Shown one piece after another: positions 53,225 through 62,079 of a DNA stretch of 64,000 nucleotides. Location: contig DAOSDC010000007.1 in assembly GCA_035361955.1 (NCBI GenBank), positions 12,682 through 76,681 of the forward strand. Reading direction: 5' to 3'. The notes below the pieces were generated by a model. The model had not been told where the DNA came from. It saw only the letters and a list, made by a program, of their open reading frames with translations, and made no database searches. Within the stretch, counting starts at the first letter, position 1. The number at the start of each line of letters is the position of its first letter. The stretch comes from Bacilli bacterium (GTDB lineage Bacteria; Bacillota_I; Bacilli_A; RFN20; CAG-826). The position numbers and the translations under genes are program-made.

Positions 53225-55744
53225 TTAGAGATTACAACGTGTTTTTTTGCGTCTAATCAACAAGAAGACTGAGGTTGGGAGTATCGTTATTGTGATTAGA
53301 ATTAATACGGCGAATCCATTGACAGAATTGTAGCCTTGAGATTGATTAGGGAAGCCACTCAAAATTATAAGGGGTGTTCCATCTCCGTCTTCCATAAAAT
53401 TATTGCTGTATAGCGAAGCATATTTGTTAATTAAATATTCATATCTTTCAATCGCATCGACAATGCTTTGATTTGTTGTTGATTCCGCTACAAAATAGTT
53501 TTTTGAATCAGGCTGCATATAACCATACTCATTTGAGAGATATGTCCAATCCACATCATCACCTTGTAGTAATACGCAATATGGAGCGGTTTCAGCAAGG
53601 AAAAAGACGGCATAAGCAATAGCTTGATCAGCATAGTCAGCCGGGTTCCCTGTATCCATGGTGTGACTGCCTAGATAAGTTGAAGTGTCAGTTGAATAGG
53701 TATTCCATTGTGACGAATCATATGTAGTCACAGGTGATAATACAGTACTTTTCCTAACTAACGTCGTGTCAATTGCGAAATTTGCACTACTACCAATGAC
53801 ACCGACGACGTCAATCAAGTTAAAATCGTCTTTTGTCCCAGTAAATATGACCATTACATCGTTACCATTAAAACCAATTGCGCTTGCAGCAGTTAATAGA
53901 TCGGCTTGAGCTTTTATCAAATCATTTGCAGACGAATGTGCGATTACAAATACATCATTGTGTAACAAATTGCCAGACAAAGCCAAATCGTATGTCATTG
54001 TGGATGATCCATTATTGAAATGTCCTAATCGATAGTTCGACAAGTTGACGGTTGAACCGGTCCCGTTATAAATCTCGATGGCTTTATTATTGCTCGAGCC
54101 TTCGATGTATTCTGAGATTATCAAATCAGTGGCATAACTAGTCCCGATTGAAGCACCAAGGTTAGTGACTTCAACGATAAAACTTGTCGATTTTCCAGCG
54201 TATGAAACATCGATAATTTGTTGGCCGAGTGTATTTGTATCTATCGCGTCAATCGTTGATGAAGATGTGACGTCTTCTGTTGTGAAATCATCGTAGTGAG
54301 CCATGACGACTACTGAATCTTGATCGTAAGAACCTTTATAAGGGGCCGATGCATCATATGCACTAACCTCAATATAATCGAGTTCTCTTTCTGAAATCTC
54401 ATGGACGGTAACTGATGATGTTGCATAAACACCACTACCATCAGTGGCTGTTGCCGTTATCGTCGCCGTACCTACGCTCACGGGACTTACTTGACCGCTG
54501 CTATCAACAGTGGCAATCGAATTATTGCTTGAGGTCCAGTTAAGCGTTTTATTAGAAGCATTCGTTGGTGTGATATTTGCGACTAGTGTAGTTGAAGAAC
54601 CTCCTACCGAAAGATTGAAGGAAGAAGGCGATAAAGTAATTTCGGTTATCGATACCGAACTCTCATTATATCCATTAATCATGTCGCTTGAAGGTGTCGC
54701 ATATACGCCACTACCATATACAGCGTCAACCCATTCTGGAAAATCGACAAATGGATTACGATTCAACTGGTAATTGTTATATATCAAGTTGTTGCGGCGA
54801 ATCTCAATCTCATCGACGGGATCCATTTCATGCCATTTTAATAGGGTGGATAGAACACCCATTTTAGCGGGCGTAGTATCTGTCGAAGATATGGTGGTAT
54901 TGTCATAAACCTCATCTGTAACAATCAAAAATGGTTCAAAATCAGAAATAACTCCGGTTTCACCAGCCCAATTATTATAGCGGGCAGCCATGTAAAAAAT
55001 CGCGCGTGCGACATTACCTTTATCAGAATCCTGAGGTTCGTAAATAAGAGCCGAATCTCCGAATTCATCGATAGCGGTCCATCTTGTTCCAGTAGTATTC
55101 TCAGGGAAAGATCCAATCGTTGTTGGGGTAATACCATCGTCTTCGTCACCCCATGGATAATTATTGTGACCTTGCTGATTATTGTAACTATCAGCAAGCA
55201 TCAGATGATGAACATCAGTTCCAGCCGGACCAGAAGCCCCGCTTGATGCTTTAAATCCGCGCGATTGGGGCCACACATGCTCGCGATCAATATAAGTTCC
55301 GTGAGTATCGTTGAATTGGGCTGCTGTTGCGATGACATCATTATCATTACGATATAGCAGGCGAACATATGGGTTGTCAGAGTATGTGTATCCAGTCAAC
55401 GGGCTTAGAGGATCTAATTCCCAATTTCGATCGACGACTTGAAGTACTTTCCATGTATTGGTGTATGAATAATAGCGAAAATTATCTAAAAGAATTGGCT
55501 TAAGGTTTTTCAACAAATTTGTTCCTTGTCGTTCGCTTGTCGCCAATGAATCAAGCGATGAATAATAGGAACGGATACCATTGTCACTTAACGGTGTGAC
55601 GTTGATGGTAGAAGGCAGTGACGTCGTGTAAGTTCCAGCCGCATAGGTTTGTTCCGGCCGCTTTGTATTTAAACCCGAAAATATCAACAATGCTACGATG
55701 GTAATCGCGGCATAAGCGTTAAGTTTTTTATTCAATCGGATCAT
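53225..55744 (-). CDS. Extracellular nuclease: endonuclease-I family domain, Big_2 domain(s), Ig-like module, lamin-tail-domain-like module, helical module, C-terminal TM anchor
   Basis: Endonuclease I blocks YIDREHVWPQSRGF and DVHHLMLADSYNNQQGHNNYPWG. Big_2 region LNWTSSNNSIATVDSSGQVSPVSVGTATITATA. LTD-like LIISEYIEGSSNNKAIEIYNGTGSTVNLSNYRL. Tail FAVLILITITILPTSVFLLIRRKKTRCNL. Start taken at ATG 55744 (GAGGTG SD), because a promoter-like element lies downstream of the track start at 55792. Confidence 0.82.
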   Translation of the reverse strand: MIRLNKKLNAYAAITIVALLIFSGLNTKRPEQTYAAGTYTTSLPSTINVTPLSDNGIRSYYSSLDSLATSERQGTNLLKNLKPILLDNFRYYSYTNTWKVLQVVDRNWELDPLSPLTGYTYSDNPYVRLLYRNDNDVIATAAQFNDTHGTYIDREHVWPQSRGFKASSGASGPAGTDVHHLMLADSYNNQQGHNNYPWGDEDDGITPTTIGSFPENTTGTRWTAIDEFGDSALIYEPQDSDKGNVARAIFYMAARYNNWAGETGVISDFEPFLIVTDEVYDNTTISSTDTTPAKMGVLSTLLKWHEMDPVDEIEIRRNNLIYNNYQLNRNPFVDFPEWVDAVYGSGVYATPSSDMINGYNESSVSITEITLSPSSFNLSVGGSSTTLVANITPTNASNKTLNWTSSNNSIATVDSSGQVSPVSVGTATITATATDGSGVYATSSVTVHEISERELDYIEVSAYDASAPYKGSYDQDSVVVMAHYDDFTTEDVTSSSTIDAIDTNTLGQQIIDVSYAGKSTSFIVEVTNLGASIGTSYATDLIISEYIEGSSNNKAIEIYNGTGSTVNLSNYRLGHFNNGSSTMTYDLALSGNLLHNDVFVIAHSSANDLIKAQADLLTAASAIGFNGNDVMVIFTGTKDDFNLIDVVGVIGSSANFAIDTTLVRKSTVLSPVTTYDSSQWNTYSTDTSTYLGSHTMDTGNPADYADQAIAYAVFFLAETAPYCVLLQGDDVDWTYLSNEYGYMQPDSKNYFVAESTTNQSIVDAIERYEYLINKYASLYSNNFMEDGDGTPLIILSGFPNQSQGYNSVNGFAVLILITITILPTSVFLLIRRKKTRCNL

Positions 55745-55771
55745 AGACACCTCTTTGTGGAGCAATATTTC

Positions 55772-55799
55772 ATCATACAGCATTTTTTTCATTTGTTAA
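55772..55799 (-). promoter_or_regulatory. Candidate sigma-A promoter of the nuclease gene
   Basis: Minus strand: TTAACA - 16 nt - TATGAT. It lies inside the N-terminal extension proposed by the ORF track. The -35 element is part of the 10-bp palindrome TTGTTAACAA (55793-55802). Confidence 0.45.
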
Positions 55800-55962
55800 C
55801 AATTATTATTGTTATCAGGTATCGTTGTTCGAAAGAGAGGGCTGCATACACATTGAATTTTAACATCTATTCACAAATAGTTTTCATGTAAAGCTTCGTC
55901 CGATTATATGGAAAAGAATTGATGAAACTATTATGATATAATAGCAATCTTGAGAGGTCACT

Positions 55963-56445
55963 ATGATAGCTAAACGCGACGATTACATTTCCTGGGATGA
56001 ATATTTTATGGGCATCGCCTATATGAGCGCATTAAGAAGCAAAGACCCATCAACCCAAGTTGGAGCTTGCATTGCCGATTGCCAACATAAAGTCGTATCG
56101 ATTGGCTATAACGGCATGCCGATGGGCTGTAGCGATGATGTGTGTCCTTGGGGACCTGGAGAAGGGCTCGACAACAAATATCTATATGTCTGCCATGCCG
56201 AATTAAACGCCATTTTGAACACACGAGACGGTACCGCACTACGGGGTTGCAGCATTTACGTGACGCTGTTTCCGTGTAACGAATGTGCGAAAGCCATCAT
56301 TCAATCAGGCATCAAGGAAGTCATCTATGAAAGCGATAAATACGCTGAACAAGTATCATTTAAAGCCAGTAAAAAAATGTTTGATTTAGCGGGTGTTAAA
56401 TACCGTCAATATATCGGCCGCGTGCCGCACATCGAATACCAATAA
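55963..56445 (+). CDS. comEB: dCMP deaminase (ComEB type)
   Basis: Zinc-binding motifs CHAELNAI and PCNECAKAI. Length and N-terminus (WDEYFMGIA) are typical. Confidence 0.92.
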   Translation: MIAKRDDYISWDEYFMGIAYMSALRSKDPSTQVGACIADCQHKVVSIGYNGMPMGCSDDVCPWGPGEGLDNKYLYVCHAELNAILNTRDGTALRGCSIYVTLFPCNECAKAIIQSGIKEVIYESDKYAEQVSFKASKKMFDLAGVKYRQYIGRVPHIEYQ

Positions 56446-56447
56446 TC

Positions 56448-56687
56448 ATGAAAAAGAAACAAAATCAAAAGCCGTATAAACTTGATAACGCTGCTGCAAG
56501 ACGCGTAACTGTCGTCACTTTAGCGTATTTACTATTCATGACTGTCGTTTGGGGCACGATTGCTCGACAATTTCCTAACGGCATCCAACCTGATTGGGTA
56601 TTGTGGCTCGTCATCACTTTATCAATCGTTTTTTACTTGGCATCAGTCTTTACCGTTGAATATATTTACTACAAAAGGAGCAAATAG
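56448..56687 (+). CDS. Small hypothetical membrane protein (2 TM)
   Basis: 79 aa. The basic N-terminus is followed by two hydrophobic helices. It is tightly packed between comEB and ecfA1, with a 1-nt overlap with the ecfA1 GTG. Confidence 0.5.
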   Translation: MKKKQNQKPYKLDNAAARRVTVVTLAYLLFMTVVWGTIARQFPNGIQPDWVLWLVITLSIVFYLASVFTVEYIYYKRSK

Positions 56688-57502
56688 TGGCTCTTCTTTC
56701 AATCAGAAACCTATCTTTTTCCTATGATGGTCGCATCGACGTTTTAAAAAACGTCAATCTCGACATCGAAGCCGGCAGTTATGTTTCAATTATCGGTCAT
56801 AACGGCAGTGGCAAATCAACGCTGGCAAAACTCATCGTCGGTCTACTTGAAGCCAAACGTGGCGAAATTTTTTTATTTGACCAACTTCTTTCACCAAAAA
56901 CGATTAACGATTTAAGACCGCGGCTCGGCATCGTGTTCCAAAACCCAGACAATCAATTTATCGGAGCTACCGTCGCTGATGACATTGCCTTTGGTCTTGA
57001 AAATCGGCAAGTTCCTCACGACCAAATGCAACCTTTGATTGATGAGTTTGCCGGCAAAGTCAAAATGAGCGATTTCCTCGATAAAGAACCGAGTAATTTG
57101 TCAGGAGGTCAAAAACAACGCGTCGCTATCGCCGGTGTTTTAGCGATGAAACCGGAACTCATCATTATGGACGAGGCCACGGCGATGCTAGACCCCAAAG
57201 GAAAGCGCGAAATTCGCGACATCGCCATCGACATGAAAAAGCATGACCCCAACCTGACAATCGTTTCGATTACCCACGACATTGAAGAGGCGTATCGTAG
57301 CGATGAGATTATCGTTTTAAACGAAGGAACGATCGCTTTACGGGGAAAACCGGAGGAAGTATTTTCTAAACGCGACGAACTACGCGCGATTGACCTAGAC
57401 ATCCCCTTCGTCATGAAAATGAAAGAAGCGCTTGAAAAAGAAGGCGTTAACGTCACAAGCGCGAAATCAATCAAACAACTGGCGGCCATCTTATGCCGAT
57501 AA
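56687..57502 (+). CDS. ecfA1: ECF transporter ATPase component A1
   Basis: GTG start 6 nt after AAGGAG. GHNGSGKST, LSGGQKQRVAIAGVLA and IIMDEATAMLD. Confidence 0.92.
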   Translation: MALLSIRNLSFSYDGRIDVLKNVNLDIEAGSYVSIIGHNGSGKSTLAKLIVGLLEAKRGEIFLFDQLLSPKTINDLRPRLGIVFQNPDNQFIGATVADDIAFGLENRQVPHDQMQPLIDEFAGKVKMSDFLDKEPSNLSGGQKQRVAIAGVLAMKPELIIMDEATAMLDPKGKREIRDIAIDMKKHDPNLTIVSITHDIEEAYRSDEIIVLNEGTIALRGKPEEVFSKRDELRAIDLDIPFVMKMKEALEKEGVNVTSAKSIKQLAAILCR

Positions 57503-58344
57503 AATTCAGCGACGTATTTTATGTATATTCCCCGAAGACCCCGTTTCAGTTTGAAGCGCTTCGCGGTGTTAACATTGACATCAAAGACCATTCATTCACA
57601 GCCATCGTCGGTCATACGGGCAGCGGCAAATCAACCTTGATTCAACACATCAATGCCTTGCTTTTGCCCACAAGTGGCACGATTCAAGTCGATGACATGA
57701 CGATAACGGCCAAAGAAAAGGTCAAACACATTAAGAAATTCCGCAAGCATGCGGGACTCGTTTTTCAATTTCCCGAATATCAGCTATTCGAAGAATCGGT
57801 CGAAAAAGACGTAGCTTTTGGCCCTCGTAATTTTGGTGACGATGAAAAAGTGGCGCTTGATAAAGCTCATAAAGCGCTACGTGAAGTTGGAATTGACGAT
57901 GATTTATTCAAACGCTCTCCCTTTGAACTATCAGGCGGACAACGCCGTCGCGTCGCCATCGCTGGCATCATCGCCATGGAACCGAAAGTGCTCGTGCTAG
58001 ACGAGCCAACCGCCGGGCTCGATCCGCGTGGCGCTCAAGAGATGATGGATTTGTTTGACAAGATTCATCAAGGCGGCACGACCGTCGTTTTGGTGACTCA
58101 CGATATGAATATCGTGCTACGTTATGCTAGCGATGTCATCGTAATGAAAGATGGCGCCATCGTCAAAGTGACGGATCCATTATCGCTATTTGAAGGCGAT
58201 TATGAAGACTATAATCTTGAGATTCCCAATCTTTACCATTTTGCGAAACTGCTTAAAAACGGCGGTTACCAGTTCGACATGCGTAACATTCGCACGATTG
58301 AAGACATGGCGAAAATCGTCAAAGGCGGCTATCACCGTGGCTAA
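57493..58344 (+). CDS. ecfA2: ECF transporter ATPase component A2
   Basis: GHTGSGKST, LSGGQRRRVAIAGIIA and LVLDEPTAGLD. 10-nt overlap with ecfA1. Confidence 0.92.
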   Translation: MPIKFSDVFYVYSPKTPFQFEALRGVNIDIKDHSFTAIVGHTGSGKSTLIQHINALLLPTSGTIQVDDMTITAKEKVKHIKKFRKHAGLVFQFPEYQLFEESVEKDVAFGPRNFGDDEKVALDKAHKALREVGIDDDLFKRSPFELSGGQRRRVAIAGIIAMEPKVLVLDEPTAGLDPRGAQEMMDLFDKIHQGGTTVVLVTHDMNIVLRYASDVIVMKDGAIVKVTDPLSLFEGDYEDYNLEIPNLYHFAKLLKNGGYQFDMRNIRTIEDMAKIVKGGYHRG

Positions 58345-59185
58345 CATCGCGCTGGGTAGATACGTCCCTTATAATTCGTTTATTCACCGCCTTGATCCAC
58401 GTTTGAAGCTATTTGGCTTAATCGTGCTGATGGTCGGTATTTTCATCAAGTTCGTCAACGTACCGATGAACTTCATCGTTTATGGCCTGATTTTTCTATT
58501 GATTGCCACGATGATGATGGTCAGCCGCATTAAATTCAAGACGCTTTTCAAACAATTAAAAGCGTTATGGATTATGATTACATTCTTATTAATCATTAAT
58601 ACAATCGTTCCCAACTCTGGGGCGATTGCTTTCTCAATCGGTTCGTGGAATATCTATTGGAATGCGATTTTCCAAACGCTTTATATCGTCATTCGTTTGG
58701 TGTTGATGATTGCCCTGACAATGGTGCTAACTTCGACGACGCGTCCGCTTGATTTGACGTACGCCATCGAATGGTATTTGCTACCATTTAAAGTAATCAG
58801 ATTCCCGACACATGAAATCGCGATGACGATTTCCATTGCGCTTCGATTTATTCCGACACTGCTTGATGAAACATATCGCATCATGAAGGCGCAGGCAAGT
58901 CGCGGCGTCGATTTTGTCAGCGGTAAACTATCCGAAAAAGTCCGTGCGATTGTTTCTTTGATTGTGCCGTTATTCATTTCCGCCTTCCAACGAAGCGAAG
59001 AACTCGCCAACGCGATGGAAGCGCGTGGGTATAACCCCAGTGGTAAAAGGACCCGTTACCGCGTGATGAAGTGGCGCGTGCCCGATTCGATCGCGTTAAT
59101 ATTCGTCGTGGGCTTATTATCAGGCATCATCGTGCTGGCCGCGCTTAAAGTCGATTTCGTGGCGATTATTGGAAACTTATTTTAA
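58337..59185 (+). CDS. ecfT: ECF transporter transmembrane (T) component
   Basis: GTG 58337 overlaps the ecfA2 stop by 8 nt. The track start at 58190 lies inside ecfA2. LDPRLKL near the N-terminus and the coupling-helix region RSEELANAMEARGY. Confidence 0.9.
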   Translation: MANIALGRYVPYNSFIHRLDPRLKLFGLIVLMVGIFIKFVNVPMNFIVYGLIFLLIATMMMVSRIKFKTLFKQLKALWIMITFLLIINTIVPNSGAIAFSIGSWNIYWNAIFQTLYIVIRLVLMIALTMVLTSTTRPLDLTYAIEWYLLPFKVIRFPTHEIAMTISIALRFIPTLLDETYRIMKAQASRGVDFVSGKLSEKVRAIVSLIVPLFISAFQRSEELANAMEARGYNPSGKRTRYRVMKWRVPDSIALIFVVGLLSGIIVLAALKVDFVAIIGNLF

Positions 59186-59187
59186 CG

Positions 59188-59916
59188 ATGAGAGTACTAG
59201 GTATTGTTGCCTATGATGGCACCAACTATAACGGTTGGCAGCGCCAACCAGACGAGCCCTCGATTCAAGGTGAGATTGAAAGAGTGCTCAGCCAAATATT
59301 GGATACGCATATCGAAGTCTATGGTAGTGGTCGTACTGATCGCGGCGTTCACGCAAAAGGCCAAACTTTTCACTTTGATATCGACAAACCGTTTGACTTA
59401 AATAAGTTGCTCATTGGATTCAATTCCCTCGTAAATAAAGACATTCGTTTATTGAAGCTCAAACGAATTAAACACGATTTTCATGCTCGCTATAATGCGA
59501 AGGGAAAAGTTTATTACTATTTGATTAACAATGGCGAATATTCGCCATTTGACCGTCAATATTGCATGCAAATTCGGGCTCAATTGGATATTGCCGCGAT
59601 GACAAATGCCACGCGATTATTCATTGGAACCCACAACTTCCAAGATTTCACGACCAAAGATGAAGACAAAGAGGGATATGTCAGAACAATCAATGACATT
59701 TCGATAAAAACAAAGGGCAAACTCATTCGAATTGATATTAATGGATCAGGTTTTATGACCTACATGATTCGGTTCATCGTTGGAACGCTGATTGCCATTG
59801 GAAACGGTAAAGAAAACGAGTTATTCATCAAGCGCCATCTCGATAGCGCTTCCCGCGATGTCATCAGTTATAAAGCGGAACCACAAGGTCTATACTTGTA
59901 TCGGGTCATTTACTAA
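59188..59916 (+). CDS. truA: tRNA pseudouridine(38-40) synthase
   Basis: YDGTNYNGWQRQ and GSGRTDRGVHA (catalytic Asp). Confidence 0.95.
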   Translation: MRVLGIVAYDGTNYNGWQRQPDEPSIQGEIERVLSQILDTHIEVYGSGRTDRGVHAKGQTFHFDIDKPFDLNKLLIGFNSLVNKDIRLLKLKRIKHDFHARYNAKGKVYYYLINNGEYSPFDRQYCMQIRAQLDIAAMTNATRLFIGTHNFQDFTTKDEDKEGYVRTINDISIKTKGKLIRIDINGSGFMTYMIRFIVGTLIAIGNGKENELFIKRHLDSASRDVISYKAEPQGLYLYRVIY

Positions 59917-60716
59917 TGAGCAAAAAAATCGATTACTGTTATCATACGCACACATACCGGTGCGGTCATGCCATCGGTCGTGATGAAGACTATGTCATCA
60001 ATGCAATTAAATCAGGCATTAAAGTGCTTGGTTTTTCCGACCATATTTTCCTTCCCGGCATTAAGCAGTATGGCTCACGCGGTAACTATGAAGAAATGGA
60101 AGGCTATGTAAATTCCATTAGCGATTTAAAAGACCAATACGCCGATCAGGTTGTTATTCATTTAGGGTTTGAAGCTGAATACTATCGTGATTTTGATTAT
60201 TACTACAAAGAGCTTTTGCGCACCGGCATTATCGACTACATGATTCTTGCTCAGCATTATCGGTATGAGCAAGGTCGATTAACGCATTATTACGGGCATA
60301 GTCGAACAGCTGAAGATATCAAAGAATATGGCCGAGAACTCATTAAGGGCATGGAAACCAAGTTGTTCAAATATGTCGCCCATCCCGATTTGTTCATGGC
60401 TAGCTATCCATTCGGATTCGATGAAACCGCTCAAGAAGTCAGCGAAGCTATTTGCCAAGCCGCGGTTCGACTTGATATTCCGCTTGAACTTAACATGGGA
60501 GCGATTCGTTTTGCGGGACAACGACTGATCGGAAACGAATATCGCTACATGTATCCATACATCCCGTTTTGGGAAACGGCCAAGCGCTATGGCGTCAAAG
60601 TCATCGTGGGCATTGATGCCCATGATCCTCGAGATTTTCTCGATTCGCGCATCGCCATCATGACCGATCTGGTCGAAAAGCTCGATTTGAAACATATCAA
60701 TCGCCTCGATATTTAG
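59916..60716 (+). CDS. PHP-family phosphoesterase, histidinol-phosphatase (HisJ) family
   Basis: N-terminal metal-binding motif YHTHTYRCGHA, FSDH, and later GIDAHD. Confidence 0.8.
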   Translation: MSKKIDYCYHTHTYRCGHAIGRDEDYVINAIKSGIKVLGFSDHIFLPGIKQYGSRGNYEEMEGYVNSISDLKDQYADQVVIHLGFEAEYYRDFDYYYKELLRTGIIDYMILAQHYRYEQGRLTHYYGHSRTAEDIKEYGRELIKGMETKLFKYVAHPDLFMASYPFGFDETAQEVSEAICQAAVRLDIPLELNMGAIRFAGQRLIGNEYRYMYPYIPFWETAKRYGVKVIVGIDAHDPRDFLDSRIAIMTDLVEKLDLKHINRLDI

Positions 60717-60759
60717 ACTAATTTCGGTGTTATAATAACGACGTTATAGGAGTTAATTT

Positions 60760-61464
60760 ATGGGAAGACATTTTGAAGTGCGCGCAGCGGCCATGGCGGC
60801 CACCGGCGCCAAAAAAAGTGCCCTGTACATGCGGGCCAGCAAAGAAATATACATGGCGGCCAAAAGCGGATTGCCTGATCCAGACAGCAACTTGGCATTA
60901 CGCAGCGCCATCGATAAATACAAAGGACAAAGCGTTCCTAAAGACGTAATCGAACGGGCGATTAAAAAAGCTTCGGGCGGGGATGCCGAAGCCTATGTCG
61001 GCGGTCGTTATGAAGCGTTTGGTCCCGGCAACAGCTATATCATCATCGAAACATTAACCGATAACGTCAATCGGGCCTTTATTGATGTGCGAACCGCCGT
61101 TACCAGAAAAGGCGGGCATCTAGGTACTGTCGCTTATAACTTCACCGAAGCCGGACTACTCGTTTTCAAAGGCGACAATCCCGAACAAATCGGAGAAACG
61201 CTCATTTTAGCCGACGTCGACGTCACCGATATTTCAGGTGGCGATGGCATCGTTGAAATCCAAGTTTCGCCCACATCGCTTGGTGCCGCCAAAGCGGCTT
61301 TGAAAGAGTTGGGCATTGAAGAATTCGATGTGTGCGAAATCGCGATGCTTCCAAACGAAACAATCAAACTTGAAGGCGAAAATCTCGATACTTTCAAAGC
61401 TTTACTCGATGTGTTAGATGAACTCCAAGACGTCCAAAACGTCTATCATAACGTCGAACTATAA
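60760..61464 (+). CDS. yebC: YebC/PmpR-family DNA-binding transcriptional regulator
   Basis: MGRHFEVRAAAMA..., RAIKKASGG and DVQNVYHN are family-typical blocks. A TATAAT and AGGAG lie upstream. Confidence 0.95.
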   Translation: MGRHFEVRAAAMAATGAKKSALYMRASKEIYMAAKSGLPDPDSNLALRSAIDKYKGQSVPKDVIERAIKKASGGDAEAYVGGRYEAFGPGNSYIIIETLTDNVNRAFIDVRTAVTRKGGHLGTVAYNFTEAGLLVFKGDNPEQIGETLILADVDVTDISGGDGIVEIQVSPTSLGAAKAALKELGIEEFDVCEIAMLPNETIKLEGENLDTFKALLDVLDELQDVQNVYHNVEL

Positions 61465-61525
61465 ACGTTTTTCCACCTCTTCAGCAAAGTCAAGTCCATA
61501 TCCTACCTTGATATGTAACTTTCAT

Positions 61526-61554
61526 TTGACTTTATATATTCATATAAGTATTAT
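61526..61554 (+). promoter_or_regulatory. Sigma-A-type promoter of rplM-rpsI
   Basis: TTGACT - 17 nt - TATTAT. Confidence 0.6.
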
Positions 61555-61600
61555 TGTATTCGGCACAAATTGCCTAAATTGTAGTCCCGGTAAGAATACA
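61555..61600 (+). promoter_or_regulatory. Structured 5' UTR of rplM (possible ribosomal-protein L13 leader)
   Basis: TGTATTC...GAATACA encloses an inner GGCA-caaat-TGCC hairpin. It sits directly between the promoter and the AAGGAGG SD. Confidence 0.35.
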
Positions 61601-61621
61601 GTTTGGTAAGGAGGAACCAAC

Positions 61622-62065
61622 ATGCTGCGTCAAACAACAATTTCAAAGAAAGAAGACATCGTCCGTAAATGGTATGTCGTCGATGCGACTGACAAACCGT
61701 TAGGACGTTTAGCGAGTGAAATCGCCATCGTGCTCATCGGTAAGCATAAACCCACGTTTACGCCCAACGTCGACTGCGGTGATTTCGTCATTATCACCAA
61801 CGCTGAAAAAGTCGGTTTGTCAGGTGACAAGCTGAACACCAAAAACTATTACAACGTCTCCGGTTATGCTGGTGGCTTACGTACTAGAAGCGCTAAAGAA
61901 ATGGTCGAAAAATATCCTGTGGAAATGGTCGAACGGGCTGTCTGGGGCATGGTCCCCAAAGGTCGTTTAGGCCGTCAGATTATCAAAAAACTATTCGTCT
62001 ACAAAGGGGCGGAACATCCCCACGAAGCACAAAAACCTGAACCGTTTGTGCTCCGGCACCTTTAA
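61622..62065 (+). CDS. rplM: 50S ribosomal protein L13
   Basis: [14 protein letters not shown] and [10 protein letters not shown]. Confidence 0.97.
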   Translation: MLRQTTISKKEDIVRKWYVVDATDKPLGRLASEIAIVLIGKHKPTFTPNVDCGDFVIITNAEKVGLSGDKLNTKNYYNVSGYAGGLRTRSAKEMVEKYPVEMVERAVWGMVPKGRLGRQIIKKLFVYKGAEHPHEAQKPEPFVLRHL

Positions 62066-62079
62066 GGAGAACTTAACTC

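Noticed and set aside
48600-55800. Possible AT-rich horizontally acquired island covering the secreted-protein/nuclease cluster.
   Set aside because: My hand counts of G+C on sample 60-nt lines ranged from about 37% to about 48% here. Lines elsewhere gave a similar or wider range (about 40% to about 62%). No sharp boundary, flanking direct repeats, tRNA-adjacent integration site or integrase is present. A proper sliding-window GC and codon-usage calculation would be needed.
58190-58336. N-terminal extensions proposed by the ORF track (58190 for ecfT, 38634 for the Big_2-VanZ gene, 30207 for GH13, 53129, 55792, 14961, 8680 and 26190).
   Set aside because: The extensions overlap the preceding gene, a promoter or a terminator, and they lack an SD. 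In each case an internal ATG or GTG with a good SD gives the family-typical N-terminus or signal peptide.
59916-60716. Could the PHP-family protein be the CpsB-type tyrosine phosphatase partner of the BY-kinase-like protein?
   Set aside because: Its N-terminus (YHTHTYRCGHA) and length fit the HisJ histidinol-phosphatase family rather than CpsB (MIDIHSH...). It is also 35 kb away, inside an ecf-truA housekeeping operon.
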